NCBI RefSeq assembly: GCF_003334335.1 | Contig: NZ_QOWQ01000002.1 | Direction: 5' to 3' (one strand) | Source: Escherichia coli | GTDB lineage: Bacteria > Pseudomonadota > Gammaproteobacteria > Enterobacterales > Enterobacteriaceae | DNA: 64,000 nucleotides | Shown here: piece after piece, positions 1 through 13,122 of the stretch | How the letters are laid out: each line of letters begins with the position of its first letter | How positions within the stretch are numbered: position 1 is the stretch's first letter | The notes under the pieces: generated by a model | Told to the model about the DNA's origin: nothing | The model's input: only the letters and a program-made list of their open reading frames with translations | The model's database searches: none | Translations under genes and position numbers: made by a program

Positions 1-589
<589 letters not shown>

Positions 590-607
590 TCTCGATTGAT
601 ATCGAAC

Positions 608-630
608 AAAGGGCCTGCGGGCCCTTTTTT
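608..630 (+). terminator. rho-independent terminator of ompC
   Basis: aaagggcc-tgcg-ggccc stem-loop followed by TTTTTT (625-630), 19 nt after ompC stop. Confidence 0.8.
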
Positions 631-700
631 CATTGTTTTCAGCGTACAAACTCAGTTTTTTGGTGTACTCTTGCGACCGTTCGCATGAGGATAATCACGT

Positions 701-1756
701 ATGGAAATAAGCTTTACCCGCGTGGCACTGCTGGCTGCCGCGCTCTTCTTTGTTGGTTGCGATCAAAAACCACAACCCGCCAAAACCCACGCTACTGAAG
801 TTACCGTTCTTGAAGGCAAAACTATGGGTACCTTCTGGCGTGCCAGCATCCCGGGCATTGACGCCAAACGCAGCGCCGAACTTAAAGAAAAGATTCAGAC
901 CCAACTGGACGCCGACGATCAGCTGCTTTCGACCTATAAAAAAGATTCCGCGCTGATGCGCTTTAACGACTCGCAAAGTTTATCGCCGTGGCCGGTAAGT
1001 GAAGCGATGGCCGATATCGTCACCACCTCGCTGCGCATTGGCGCGAAGACCGATGGCGCGATGGATATAACCGTCGGGCCGCTGGTGAATCTGTGGGGCT
1101 TTGGCCCGGAACAACAGCCGGTTCAAATTCCGAGCCAGGAACAGATCGATGCGATGAAAGCCAAAACCGGCTTACAGCACCTGACGGTCATCAATCAGTC
1201 GCATCAGCAATATCTGCAAAAAGACCTGCCGGATTTATATGTCGATCTCTCCACCGTCGGCGAAGGCTATGCGGCCGATCATTTGGCACGCTTGATGGAG
1301 CAGGAAGGGATTTCCCGCTATCTGGTGTCGGTGGGCGGCGCGCTGAACAGCCGTGGTATGAACGGTGAAGGCCTGCCGTGGCGGGTAGCGATTCAAAAAC
1401 CAACCGATAAAGAAAACGCGGTTCAGGCTGTGGTGGATATCAACGGTCATGGGATTAGCACCTCTGGCAGCTACCGTAACTATTACGAACTGGACGGCAA
1501 ACGTCTTTCCCATGTTATCGATCCGCAAACCGGGCGTCCCATCGAACACAATCTGGTATCCGTGACGGTGATTGCTCCGACGGCGCTGGAAGCCGATGCC
1601 TGGGATACTGGCTTGATGGTACTCGGGCCGGAGAAAGCTAAAGAGGTTGTTCGCCGGGAAGGGCTGGCGGTTTATATGATCACCAAAGAAGGCGATAGCT
1701 TTAAAACCTGGATGTCACCACAGTTTAAAAGCTTCCTTGTCAGCGAAAAAAATTAA
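701..1756 (+). CDS. apbE: FAD:protein FMN transferase (lipoprotein ApbE)
   Basis: 351-aa ORF MEISFTRVALLAAALFFVGCDQ... with lipobox; matches E. coli ApbE length and sequence as I recall it. Confidence 0.93.
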   Translation: MEISFTRVALLAAALFFVGCDQKPQPAKTHATEVTVLEGKTMGTFWRASIPGIDAKRSAELKEKIQTQLDADDQLLSTYKKDSALMRFNDSQSLSPWPVSEAMADIVTTSLRIGAKTDGAMDITVGPLVNLWGFGPEQQPVQIPSQEQIDAMKAKTGLQHLTVINQSHQQYLQKDLPDLYVDLSTVGEGYAADHLARLMEQEGISRYLVSVGGALNSRGMNGEGLPWRVAIQKPTDKENAVQAVVDINGHGISTSGSYRNYYELDGKRLSHVIDPQTGRPIEHNLVSVTVIAPTALEADAWDTGLMVLGPEKAKEVVRREGLAVYMITKEGDSFKTWMSPQFKSFLVSEKN

Positions 1757-1829
1757 AGCGCAAGATTGTTGGTTTTTGCGTGATGGTGACCGGGCAGCCT
1801 AAAGGCTATCCTTAACCAGGGAGCTGATT

Positions 1830-2894
1830 ATGAAAAAAGCCACATGCTTAACTGACGATCAACGCTGGCAATCTGTCTTAGCCCGCGACCCGAATGCCGA
1901 CGGCGAATTCGTTTTCGCCGTGCGTACCACAGGCATCTTTTGCCGTCCGTCTTGCCGCGCCAGACATGCTTTGCGGGAAAACGTCTCCTTCTACGCAAAT
2001 GCCAGCGAGGCACTCGCCGCTGGCTTTCGCCCCTGCAAACGTTGTCAGCCAGAAAAAGCCAATGCCCAGCAACATCGGTTGGATAAAATCACCCACGCGT
2101 GTCGACTGCTGGAACAGGAAACGCCTGTAACGCTGGAAGCCTTAGCCGACCAGGTGGCGATGAGTCCATTTCATCTACATCGGTTGTTTAAAGCGACTAC
2201 CGGAATGACGCCTAAAGCCTGGCAACAGGCCTGGCGCGCTCGCCGTTTGCGCGAATCGCTGGCGAAAGGGGAGAGCGTGACGACGTCTATTCTTAACGCC
2301 GGATTCCCCGACAGCAGCAGTTACTATCGCAAAGCTGACGAAACGCTGGGCATGACGGCTAAACAATTCCGTCACGGTGGCGAAAATCTGGCGGTGCGTT
2401 ACGCGCTGGCTGATTGTGAGCTGGGTCGTTGCCTGGTGGCAGAAAGCGAGCGGGGGATTTGCGCGATATTGCTGGGCGATGATGACGCGACACTAATCAG
2501 CGAGTTGCAGCAGATGTTTCCCGCTGCCGACAACGCGCCTGCCGATCTGATGTTTCAGCAACATGTGCGTGAAGTGATCGCCAGCCTCAATCAACGCGAT
2601 ACGCCGCTGACGTTACCGCTGGACATTCGCGGCACTGCTTTTCAGCAACAAGTCTGGCAGGCACTGCGCACGATACCTTGCGGTGAAACCGTCAGTTATC
2701 AGCAACTGGCTAACGCCATCGGCAAACCGAAAGCGGTACGGGCCGTTGCCAGCGCCTGTGCCGCCAACAAGCTGGCTATCATAATACCCTGTCATCGGGT
2801 GGTCCGTGGTGATGGCACACTTTCCGGTTACCGCTGGGGCGTGTCGCGTAAAGCGCAACTGCTGCGCCGCGAAGCTGAAAATGAGGAGAGGTAA
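1830..2894 (+). CDS. ada: bifunctional transcriptional regulator / O6-methylguanine-DNA methyltransferase Ada
   Basis: 354-aa ORF; N-terminal Cys cluster (CRPSCRARH...CKRC), AraC-type HTH, C-terminal PCHRV active site motif. Confidence 0.95.
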   Translation: MKKATCLTDDQRWQSVLARDPNADGEFVFAVRTTGIFCRPSCRARHALRENVSFYANASEALAAGFRPCKRCQPEKANAQQHRLDKITHACRLLEQETPVTLEALADQVAMSPFHLHRLFKATTGMTPKAWQQAWRARRLRESLAKGESVTTSILNAGFPDSSSYYRKADETLGMTAKQFRHGGENLAVRYALADCELGRCLVAESERGICAILLGDDDATLISELQQMFPAADNAPADLMFQQHVREVIASLNQRDTPLTLPLDIRGTAFQQQVWQALRTIPCGETVSYQQLANAIGKPKAVRAVASACAANKLAIIIPCHRVVRGDGTLSGYRWGVSRKAQLLRREAENEER

Positions 2895-3544
2895 TGTTGG
2901 ATCTGTTTGCCGATGCTGAACCGTGGCAAGAGCCACTGGCGGCTGGTGCGGTAATTTTACGGCGTTTTGCTTTTAACGCTGCGGAGCAACTGATCCGCGA
3001 TATTAATGACGTTGCCAGCCAGTCGCCGTTTCGCCAGATGGTCACCCCCGGGGGATATACCATGTCGGTGGCGATGACCAACTGTGGGCATCTGGGCTGG
3101 ACGACCCATCGGCAAGGTTATCTCTATTCGCCCATTGATCCGCAAACAAATAAACCGTGGCCCGCCATGCCACAGAGTTTTCATAATTTATGTCAACGTG
3201 CGGCTACGGCGGCGGGCTATCCAGATTTCCAGCCAGATGCTTGTCTTATCAACCGCTACGCTCCTGGCGCGAAACTGTCGCTGCATCAGGATAAAGACGA
3301 ACCGGATCTGCGCGCGCCAATTGTTTCTGTTTCTCTGGGCTTACCCGCGATTTTTCAATTTGGCGGCCTGAAACGAAATGATCCGCTCAAACGTTTGTTG
3401 TTGGAACATGGCGATGTGGTGGTATGGGGCGGTGAATCGCGGCTGTTTTATCACGGTATTCAACCGTTGAAAGCGGGGTTTCATCCACTCACCATCGACT
3501 GCCGCTACAACCTGACATTCCGTCAGGCAGGTAAAAAAGAATAA
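2894..3544 (+). CDS. alkB: alpha-ketoglutarate/Fe(II)-dependent DNA dioxygenase AlkB
   Basis: 216-aa ORF MLDLFADAEPWQEPLAAGAVILRRFA...; start overlaps ada stop (TAATG), classic ada-alkB operon. Confidence 0.95.
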   Translation: MLDLFADAEPWQEPLAAGAVILRRFAFNAAEQLIRDINDVASQSPFRQMVTPGGYTMSVAMTNCGHLGWTTHRQGYLYSPIDPQTNKPWPAMPQSFHNLCQRAATAAGYPDFQPDACLINRYAPGAKLSLHQDKDEPDLRAPIVSVSLGLPAIFQFGGLKRNDPLKRLLLEHGDVVVWGGESRLFYHGIQPLKAGFHPLTIDCRYNLTFRQAGKKE

Positions 3545-3619
3545 AAATAAGAATTATTATTGCTGTGCGCGCGAAGATGTTTAAACTGCGGGCTGTAATT
3601 CATTGTCCGGGTTTTCTGC

Positions 3620-5263
3620 ATGGAACTTCTTGTACTTGTCTGGCGGCAGTATCGCTGGCCATTTATCAGTGTGATGGCGCTAAGCCTCGCCAGTGCGGCA
3701 TTAGGCATTGGCTTAATTGCTTTTATCAATCAGCGCCTTATCGAAACGGCGGATACCAGTCTGCTGGTGTTGCCGGAGTTTCTGGGATTATTGCTGCTGT
3801 TGATGGCAGTCACTCTCGGATCGCAACTGGCGCTCACCACTTTGGGGCATCACTTCGTTTACCGACTGCGTAGTGAATTTATCAAGCGGATTCTGGATAC
3901 TCACGTCGAGCGCATTGAACAACTCGGTAGCGCCTCGTTGCTGGCGGGGTTAACCAGCGATGTGCGCAATATCACCATTGCTTTTGTGCGTCTGCCGGAA
4001 CTGGTGCAGGGGATCATTCTCACTATCGGTTCAGCGGCGTATCTGTGGATGCTGTCGGGCAAAATGTTGCTGGTAACGGCTATCTGGATGGCGATCACCA
4101 TCTGGGGCGGTTTTGTGCTGGTGGCGCGGGTGTACAAACATATGGCGACCCTGCGTGAAACCGAAGACAAGCTGTACACGGATTTTCAAACTGTACTTGA
4201 AGGGCGCAAAGAGCTGACTCTGAACCGGGAACGCGCCGAGTATGTGTTTAACAACCTCTACATTCCTGATGCGCAAGAGTATCGCCACCATATTATTCGC
4301 GCAGACACCTTCCATCTTAGTGCCGTGAACTGGTCAAACATCATGATGCTGGGCGCAATCGGCCTGGTGTTCTGGATGGCGAACAGCCTCGGTTGGGCTG
4401 ATACCAACGTTGCCGCGACCTATTCGTTGACGCTTTTATTCCTGCGTACGCCGCTGCTTTCGGCGGTTGGCGCATTGCCGACGCTGCTGACGGCGCAGGT
4501 GGCGTTTAACAAGCTGAACAAATTCGCGCTCGCGCCTTTCAAAGCAGAGTTTCCGCGCCCGCAGGCGTTTCCCAACTGGCAAACGCTGGAGCTGCGTAAC
4601 GTGACGTTTGCTTATCAGGATAACGCGTTTTCCGTTGGTCCGATTAATCTCACCATCAAACGTGGCGAGCTGCTGTTTCTGATTGGCGGCAACGGTAGCG
4701 GAAAATCGACGCTGGCGATGTTGTTGACGGGCTTGTATCAGCCACAAAGCGGCGAAATCTTGCTGGATGGCAAACCTGTCAGCGGCGAACAACCGGAAGA
4801 TTATCGCAAACTGTTTTCGGCAGTGTTTACCGATGTCTGGCTGTTTGATCAACTGCTGGGGCCGGAGGGTAAACCCGCTAACCCGCAACTGGTTGAGAAG
4901 TGGCTGGCGCAGCTGAAAATGGCTCATAAGCTTGAGTTAAGCAACGGGCGTATTGTTAACCTGAAGTTATCAAAAGGGCAGAAAAAACGCGTGGCGCTGT
5001 TGCTGGCGCTGGCAGAAGAACGCGATATTATCCTGCTGGATGAATGGGCGGCGGATCAGGATCCACACTTCCGTCGTGAGTTTTATCAGGTGTTGCTGCC
5101 GCTGATGCAGGAGATGGGTAAAACTATTTTCGCTATCAGTCATGATGATCATTACTTTATCCACGCCGACCGCCTGCTGGAAATGCGCAATGGGCAACTT
5201 AGCGAGCTGACGGGCGAAGAGCGCGATGCCGCTTCGCGTGATGCCGTTGCCCGGACGGCATAA
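3620..5263 (+). CDS. yojI: ABC transporter ATP-binding/permease protein YojI (microcin J25 efflux)
   Basis: 547-aa ORF with N-terminal TM domain and C-terminal ABC motifs (GGNGSGKST Walker A, LSKGQKKR signature, [11 protein letters not shown] Walker B). Confidence 0.93.
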
Positions 5264-5468
5264 TATTACGACGCTGACCTGGCGGACTGCTGCCGTCAGG
5301 TCAATATGCTAAAAATCCCTTCATTTCTAATAACCCTATAATTAATCAACGAAATTATAATGTTTCTAAAATTAGAATATAATTTATAAACATTATTTAA
5401 ATGTTGTTACTTAAGTGTTACCGTTGATGCCGCGCAAATCTCACCTGCAATAAAGCGACTAAAAGTAA

Positions 5469-7127
<1,659 letters not shown>

Positions 7128-7132
7128 TGATG

Positions 7133-7165
7133 CGCCACATCCGGCATGGTATGCCGGATGTGGCG
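7133..7165 (+). terminator. perfect 15-bp inverted repeat hairpin immediately after mqo stop (possible terminator / mRNA 3' stabiliser)
   Basis: cgccacatccggcat-ggt-atgccggatgtggcg; no T-run, so assignment as terminator is tentative. Confidence 0.4.
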
Positions 7166-7167
7166 TA

Positions 7168-8290
7168 TGCTGATAAGACGCGCCAGCGTCGCATCAGGCA
7201 ACCGGCTCGGGCGTTAGATGTTGGATGCGGCGTAACCGCCTTATCCAACCTACGGGGTGGAGCACTTCACAGCGGTGTAGGCCTGATAAGACGCGCCAGC
7301 GTCGCATCAGGCAACCGGCTTGGGCGTTAGATGTCGGATGCGGCGTAACCGCCTTATCCGACCTACGGGGTGGAGCACTTCACAGCGGTGTAGGCCTGAT
7401 AAGACGCGCCAGCGTCGCATCAGGCAACCGGCTCGGACGTTGGATGTCGGATGCGGCGTAACCGCCTTATCCAACCTACGGGGTGGAGCACTTCACAGCG
7501 GTGTAGGCCTGATAAGACGCGCCAGCGTCGCATCAGGCAACCGGCTTGGGCGTTAGATGTCGGATGCGGCGTAACCGCCTTATCCGACCTACGGGGTGGA
7601 GCACTTCACAGCGGTGTAGGCCTGATAAGACGCGCCAGCGTCGCATCAGGCAACCGGCTCGGACGTTGGATGTCGGATGCGGCGTAACCGCCTTATCCAA
7701 CCTACGGGGTGGAGCACTTCACAGCGGTGTAGGCCTGATAAGACGCGCCAGCGTCGCATCAGGCAACCGGCTCGGGCGTTGGATGTCGGATGCGGCGTGA
7801 CCGCCTTGTCTGACCTACGGGGTGCCGCACTTCACAGCGGTGTAGGCCTGATAAGACGCGCCAGCGTCGCATCAGGCAACCGGCTCGGGCGTTGGATGTC
7901 GGATGCGGCGTGACCGCCTTGTCTGACCTACGGGGTGCCGCACTTCACAGCGGTGTAGGCCTGATAAGACGCGCCAGCGTCGCATCAGGCAACCGGCTCG
8001 GGCGTTGGATGTCGGATGCGGCGTGACCGCCTTGTCTGACCTACGGGGTGCCGCACTTCACAGCGGTGTAGGCCTGATAAGACGCGCCAGCGTCGCATCA
8101 GGCAACCGGCTCGGGCGTTGGATGTCGGATGCGGCGTGACCGCCTTGTCTGACCTACGGGGTGCCGCACTTCACAGCGGTGTAGGCCTGATAAGACGCGC
8201 CAGCGTCGCATCAGGCAACCGGCTCGGGCGTTGGATGTCGGATGCGGCGTGACCGCCTTGTCTGACCTACGGGGTGCCGCACTTCACGGC
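7168..8290. repeat. tandem array of ~10 REP/BIME units (113-bp period) between convergent mqo and eco
   Basis: REP palindrome gcctgataagacgcgccagcgtcgcatcaggc recurs at 7168 (variant), 7281, 7394, 7507, 7620, 7733, 7846, 7959, 8072 and 8185, interleaved with a second REP-type palindrome (cggatgcggcgtaaccgccttatccg and variants); first units alternate two variants (226-bp super-repeat), last five units near-identical. Confidence 0.9.
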
Positions 8291-8293
8291 AGT

Positions 8294-8782
8294 TTAGCGA
8301 ACTACCGCGTTGTCAATTTTCTCTTCCGCCTTCCAGACGCGGTACTTCACATCTACATTGTCTGGCGTATACACCACGATCGGCAGCTTGCTGTTGTAAC
8401 GCAGCATTCCAGCATCGCCCAGATACGCGGTGACAAATTTCTTCTCTTTCTTGCCATCCGGGCAGGCCATCATCGTTGAAACCGGGGAACTGACTTTATC
8501 AAAGACATAATAATCATAGCCCCAGCCTTCCAGCGTTTTGTTTTCCAGCTTCCCGCCGAGACGATGCAAATTGCAATCGACTTCCAGCGTCTGACCGATT
8601 AACAGTTCTACTTTCAGGGTAGATTCATCTTCTTGCGGGGTTAACTGAATCACCTGACGCTTCATCCCTTTTTCAGCTTGTGGATAAGGCGCGATTTTTT
8701 CCAGTGGCTGGACGCTTTCTGCCGCCCAGGCGGAAGTGGTAGCGAAAGCGGCAAACAATACTGCAGGTAGAATGGTCTTCAT
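8294..8782 (-). CDS. eco: serine protease inhibitor ecotin
   Basis: Track ORF 8294..8803; I place the start at the internal ATG 8782 ([20 protein letters not shown] signal peptide, 162 aa) with AGGAA Shine-Dalgarno upstream. Confidence 0.9.
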
Positions 8783-8965
8783 TTTTTTGCTTTCCTTCTT
8801 CATTTATAGGTTTTCACCGATGATGTCGCTGAAGGTTAACATATTCATCAGATTTATTAATTTGCTTTATGAATAACTTAAAGAACATTCAGACAATTTT
8901 ACCTGCTCTTTTAGTGTTAAATTCTAATGAGAGAGCAAACCAGCAGAAATATCTCTGGTGAATCA

Positions 8966-8992
8966 ATCGCTATATAAATATATTTATAACCA
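8966..8992 (+). promoter_or_regulatory. putative ModE operator upstream of napF
   Basis: atcgctatataaatatatttataacc, TATAT-type ModE-like repeat centred ~134 bp upstream of my inferred napF transcription start; consistent with the ModE site I recall for the napF promoter. Confidence 0.4.
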
Positions 8993-9041
8993 TTTGAAAT
9001 GTGAGCAAAAGCCCGTTTTTGCCACGCTTCCCGCCACTCTT

Positions 9042-9055
9042 TTGATCCTGCTACA
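9042..9055 (+). promoter_or_regulatory. putative FNR site of napF promoter
   Basis: ttgat-cctg-ctaca (consensus TTGAT-N4-ATCAA, weak second half-site), centred 20 bp upstream of the NarP site as I recall for napF. Confidence 0.45.
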
Positions 9056-9060
9056 GGTTT

Positions 9061-9076
9061 TACCCCGATCGGGGTA
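9061..9076 (+). promoter_or_regulatory. NarP/NarL 7-2-7 heptamer pair of napF promoter
   Basis: perfect palindrome TACCCCG-AT-CGGGGTA matching the TACYYMT heptamer consensus; candidate -10 TAATAT at 9097-9102. Confidence 0.65.
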
Positions 9077-9189
9077 TGCATCTTTGACACATCCTTTAAT
9101 ATCTTAGCGGCTATAAAAATGGCTTATTAATTATGCGGTTTATTTGGTCGCTCTCAATTTTCAGAGCGCGTTAATGATGGAAGGTCAAT

Positions 9190-9684
9190 GTGAAGATTGA
9201 TGCATCCCGTCGGGGCATACTCACTGGTCGCTGGCGCAAAGCCAGTAACGGTATCCGTCCGCCCTGGTCCGGTGATGAATCTCATTTTCTGACCCATTGC
9301 ACCCGCTGCGACGCCTGTATTAATGCTTGTGAAAACAACATTCTGCAACGCGGCGCGGGCGGCTATCCGAGCGTTAATTTCAAAAATAACGAGTGCAGCT
9401 TCTGTTACGCCTGCGCGCAGGCTTGCCCCGAATCGCTATTTTCTCCGCGCCACACCAGGGCCTGGGATTTGCAGTTCACCATCGGGGACGCGTGCCTGGC
9501 GTATCAGTCAGTTGAATGCCGCCGCTGTCAGGATAGCTGTGAGCCAATGGCAATTATCTTTCGCCCGACGCTCTCCGGGATCTACCAGCCGCAACTTAAT
9601 AGCCAACTTTGCAACGGATGTGGAGCATGTGCAGCCAGCTGTCCGGTATCAGCCATAACTGCGGAGTATCTCCATGCACACTAA
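9190..9684 (+). CDS. napF: ferredoxin-type protein NapF
   Basis: 164-aa ORF with GTG start, multiple CxxCxxCxxxCP 4Fe-4S motifs; first gene of nap operon. Confidence 0.93.
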   Translation: MKIDASRRGILTGRWRKASNGIRPPWSGDESHFLTHCTRCDACINACENNILQRGAGGYPSVNFKNNECSFCYACAQACPESLFSPRHTRAWDLQFTIGDACLAYQSVECRRCQDSCEPMAIIFRPTLSGIYQPQLNSQLCNGCGACAASCPVSAITAEYLHAH

Positions 9685-9937
9685 CTGGCAAGTTTGCAGC
9701 CTGGTCGTGCAGGCCAAAAGCGAACGAATTTCAGACATCAGCACCCAACTGAACGCCTTTCCCGGCTGTGAAGTTGCTGTCAGCGACGCGCCGAGCGGTC
9801 AGTTGATTGTGGTGGTGGAAGCAGAAGACAGCGAAACGCTGATCCAAACCATTGAGTCAGTACGCAACGTAGAGGGCGTGCTGGCGGTGTCGCTGGTTTA
9901 TCACCAGCAGGAAGAGCAAGGTGAGGAAACACCATGA
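9674..9937 (+). CDS. napD: NapA chaperone NapD
   Basis: 87-aa [18 protein letters not shown]...; overlaps napF end and napA start. Confidence 0.93.
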   Translation: MHTNWQVCSLVVQAKSERISDISTQLNAFPGCEVAVSDAPSGQLIVVVEAEDSETLIQTIESVRNVEGVLAVSLVYHQQEEQGEETP

Positions 9938-12420
9938 AACTCAGTCGTCGTAGCTTTATGAAAGCTAACGCCGTTGCGGCCGCTGCGGCGGCTGCCGGTC
10001 TCAGCGTGCCGGGCGTTGCCCGCGCCGTTGTTGGTCAGCAGGAAGCCATCAAATGGGATAAAGCGCCGTGCCGTTTCTGCGGTACTGGTTGCGGCGTTCT
10101 GGTCGGAACGCAGCAGGGACGTGTGGTGGCCTGTCAGGGCGACCCGGACGCACCGGTTAACCGTGGCCTGAACTGCATTAAGGGCTATTTCCTGCCCAAA
10201 ATCATGTACGGTAAAGACCGTTTGACGCAGCCGCTGCTGCGTATGAAAAACGGTAAATATGACAAAGAAGGCGAATTTACCCCAATCACCTGGGATCAGG
10301 CCTTCGATGTGATGGAAGAGAAATTCAAAACCGCCCTGAAAGAAAAAGGGCCGGAATCGATCGGTATGTTCGGTTCTGGTCAGTGGACTATCTGGGAAGG
10401 TTATGCCGCGTCCAAGCTGTTTAAAGCGGGCTTCCGTTCGAACAACATCGACCCGAACGCGCGTCACTGTATGGCGTCGGCAGTAGTTGGCTTTATGCGT
10501 ACCTTTGGTATGGATGAGCCGATGGGCTGCTATGACGACATCGAGCAGGCTGACGCGTTTGTGCTGTGGGGCGCAAACATGGCGGAAATGCACCCGATCC
10601 TCTGGTCGCGCATCACTAACCGTCGTCTCTCTAACCAGAACGTCACCGTGGCGGTGCTTTCTACCTACCAGCATCGTAGCTTCGAGCTGGCGGATAACGG
10701 CATCATCTTTACGCCGCAATCTGACCTGGTGATCCTGAACTACATCGCCAACTATATCATTCAAAACAATGCGATAAATCAGGACTTCTTCAGCAAGCAC
10801 GTTAACCTGCGCAAAGGGGCGACGGACATCGGCTACGGTTTACGTCCGACCCATCCGCTGGAAAAAGCAGCGAAGAATCCGGGTTCTGACGCCTCCGAAC
10901 CGATGAGCTTTGAAGATTACAAAGCCTTCGTTGCCGAGTATACGCTGGAAAAAACTGCCGAAATGACCGGCGTGCCGAAAGACCAGTTAGAACAACTGGC
11001 GCAGCTGTATGCCGATCCGAACAAGAAAGTCATCTCCTACTGGACGATGGGCTTCAACCAGCATACTCGTGGCGTGTGGGCTAACAACCTGGTCTACAAC
11101 CTGCACCTGCTGACCGGCAAAATTTCCCAGCCGGGTTGCGGTCCGTTCTCCCTGACCGGGCAACCTTCTGCGTGTGGTACTGCGCGTGAAGTGGGCACCT
11201 TTGCTCACCGTCTGCCTGCGGACATGGTGGTGACCAACGAGAAACACCGTGATATCTGCGAGAAGAAGTGGAATATCCCGAGCGGCACCATTCCGGCGAA
11301 AATCGGTCTGCACGCGGTGGCACAAGACCGTGCGCTGAAAGACGGCAAACTGAATGTTTACTGGACCATGTGTACCAACAACATGCAGGCCGGGCCGAAC
11401 ATCAATGAAGAGCGTATGCCGGGCTGGCGCGATCCGCGCAACTTCATCATCGTCTCCGATCCGTATCCGACAGTCAGTGCGCTGGCCGCCGACTTGATCC
11501 TGCCGACCGCAATGTGGGTAGAGAAAGAGGGCGCTTACGGTAACGCCGAACGCCGTACTCAGTTCTGGCGTCAACAGGTACAGGCACCGGGCGAAGCGAA
11601 ATCGGATCTCTGGCAGTTAGTCCAGTTCTCCCGCCGCTTCAAAACTGAAGAAGTATGGCCGGAAGATCTGCTGGCGAAGAAACCGGAACTGCGTGGCAAA
11701 ACGCTGTACGAAGTGCTGTATGCCACACCGGAAGTGAGCAAATTCCCGGTATCCGAACTGGCGGAAGATCAGCTGAACGATGAATCCCGCGAGCTGGGCT
11801 TCTATCTGCAAAAAGGGCTGTTCGAAGAGTACGCATGGTTTGGTCGCGGTCACGGTCACGATCTGGCACCGTTCGATGACTACCACAAAGCGCGCGGTCT
11901 GCGCTGGCCGGTGGTGAACGGTAAAGAAACGCAGTGGCGTTACAGCGAAGGTAACGACCCGTACGTGAAAGCGGGCGAAGGCTATAAGTTCTACGGTAAA
12001 CCGGATGGCAAAGCGGTGATCTTCGCACTGCCATTCGAACCGGCGGCGGAAGCACCGGATGAAGAGTACGACCTGTGGCTCTCTACCGGACGCGTTCTGG
12101 AGCACTGGCACACCGGCAGTATGACTCGCCGTGTACCAGAACTGCACCGCGCCTTCCCGGAAGCGGTCCTGTTTATTCACCCGCTGGATGCGAAAGCGCG
12201 CGATCTGCGCCGTGGCGACAAAGTGAAAGTGGTTTCTCGCCGTGGCGAAGTGATCTCGATTGTTGAAACGCGCGGTCGTAACCGTCCGCCACAGGGCCTG
12301 GTGTACATGCCGTTCTTCGACGCCGCACAGTTGGTTAACAAACTGACGCTGGATGCGACCGATCCGCTCTCGAAAGAGACGGACTTCAAGAAGTGCGCGG
12401 TCAAACTGGAGAAGGTGTAA
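9934..12420 (+). CDS. napA: periplasmic nitrate reductase catalytic subunit NapA
   Basis: 828-aa ORF with twin-arginine signal ([28 protein letters not shown]) and molybdopterin oxidoreductase Cys cluster CRFCGTGCG. Confidence 0.96.
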   Translation: MKLSRRSFMKANAVAAAAAAAGLSVPGVARAVVGQQEAIKWDKAPCRFCGTGCGVLVGTQQGRVVACQGDPDAPVNRGLNCIKGYFLPKIMYGKDRLTQPLLRMKNGKYDKEGEFTPITWDQAFDVMEEKFKTALKEKGPESIGMFGSGQWTIWEGYAASKLFKAGFRSNNIDPNARHCMASAVVGFMRTFGMDEPMGCYDDIEQADAFVLWGANMAEMHPILWSRITNRRLSNQNVTVAVLSTYQHRSFELADNGIIFTPQSDLVILNYIANYIIQNNAINQDFFSKHVNLRKGATDIGYGLRPTHPLEKAAKNPGSDASEPMSFEDYKAFVAEYTLEKTAEMTGVPKDQLEQLAQLYADPNKKVISYWTMGFNQHTRGVWANNLVYNLHLLTGKISQPGCGPFSLTGQPSACGTAREVGTFAHRLPADMVVTNEKHRDICEKKWNIPSGTIPAKIGLHAVAQDRALKDGKLNVYWTMCTNNMQAGPNINEERMPGWRDPRNFIIVSDPYPTVSALAADLILPTAMWVEKEGAYGNAERRTQFWRQQVQAPGEAKSDLWQLVQFSRRFKTEEVWPEDLLAKKPELRGKTLYEVLYATPEVSKFPVSELAEDQLNDESRELGFYLQKGLFEEYAWFGRGHGHDLAPFDDYHKARGLRWPVVNGKETQWRYSEGNDPYVKAGEGYKFYGKPDGKAVIFALPFEPAAEAPDEEYDLWLSTGRVLEHWHTGSMTRRVPELHRAFPEAVLFIHPLDAKARDLRRGDKVKVVSRRGEVISIVETRGRNRPPQGLVYMPFFDAAQLVNKLTLDATDPLSKETDFKKCAVKLEKV

Positions 12421-12426
12421 GCCATT

Positions 12427-13122
12427 ATGTCCCGGTCAGCGAAACCTCAAAATGGTCGCCGCCGCTTTCTGCGCGATGTCGTTCGCACAGCAGGCGGGCT
12501 GGCTGCCGTGGGTGTGGCGCTGGGGTTACAACAGCAAACCGCACGCGCATCTGGCGTGCGGTTGCGCCCGCCCGGAGCCATAAACGAGAACGCCTTTGCC
12601 AGTGCCTGTGTGCGTTGCGGTCAGTGTGTTCAGGCTTGCCCTTACGACACCTTAAAACTGGCGACGCTGGCCTCTGGTCTGTCGGCGGGCACGCCATATT
12701 TTGTCGCACGGGATATTCCTTGCGAAATGTGTGAGGACATTCCGTGCGCCAAAGTGTGCCCAAGCGGTGCGCTGGATCGTGAGATTGAATCGATCGACGA
12801 CGCGCGGATGGGGCTGGCGGTACTGGTGGACCAGGAAAACTGTCTCAACTTTCAGGGGCTGCGCTGCGATGTTTGTTATCGCGAATGCCCGAAAATTGAT
12901 GAGGCCATCACCCTGGAGCTGGAGCGCAACACGCGTACCGGTAAGCACGCCCGCTTTCTGCCGACGGTTCACAGCGACGCCTGTACCGGTTGCGGTAAGT
13001 GCGAAAAAGTATGCGTGCTGGAACAACCGGCAATCAAGGTGTTACCGCTGTCACTGGCGAAAGGGGAGTTAGGTCACCATTACCGCTTCGGCTGGCTGGA
13101 GGGGAACAATGGCAAATCGTAA
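12427..13122 (+). CDS. napG: ferredoxin-type protein NapG
   Basis: 231-aa ORF, Tat-like RRRFLRD signal, four Cys clusters. Confidence 0.93.

Noticed and set aside
3565-3873. 102-aa ORF overlapping the yojI start
   Set aside because: It overlaps the well-supported yojI ORF in another frame and has a Cys/Arg-rich non-protein-like translation.
7168-8290. Regularly spaced repeats resembling a CRISPR array
   Set aside because: The whole 113-bp unit repeats with no unique spacers, the repeats are classic REP palindromes, and there are no cas genes nearby.
8783-8803. N-terminal extensions suggested by the ORF track for eco, napB, ccmC, narP, rplY, yejF, yejA, lpxT, yeiQ, yeiP, yeiL and yeiW
   Set aside because: In each case an internal ATG (or GTG) with better Shine-Dalgarno context yields the canonical-length protein; the longer forms are maximal-ORF artefacts.
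9901-10800. 299-aa ORF on the minus strand
   Set aside because: It is entirely antisense to napA, a well-supported 828-aa gene, and has a low-complexity Arg/His-rich translation.
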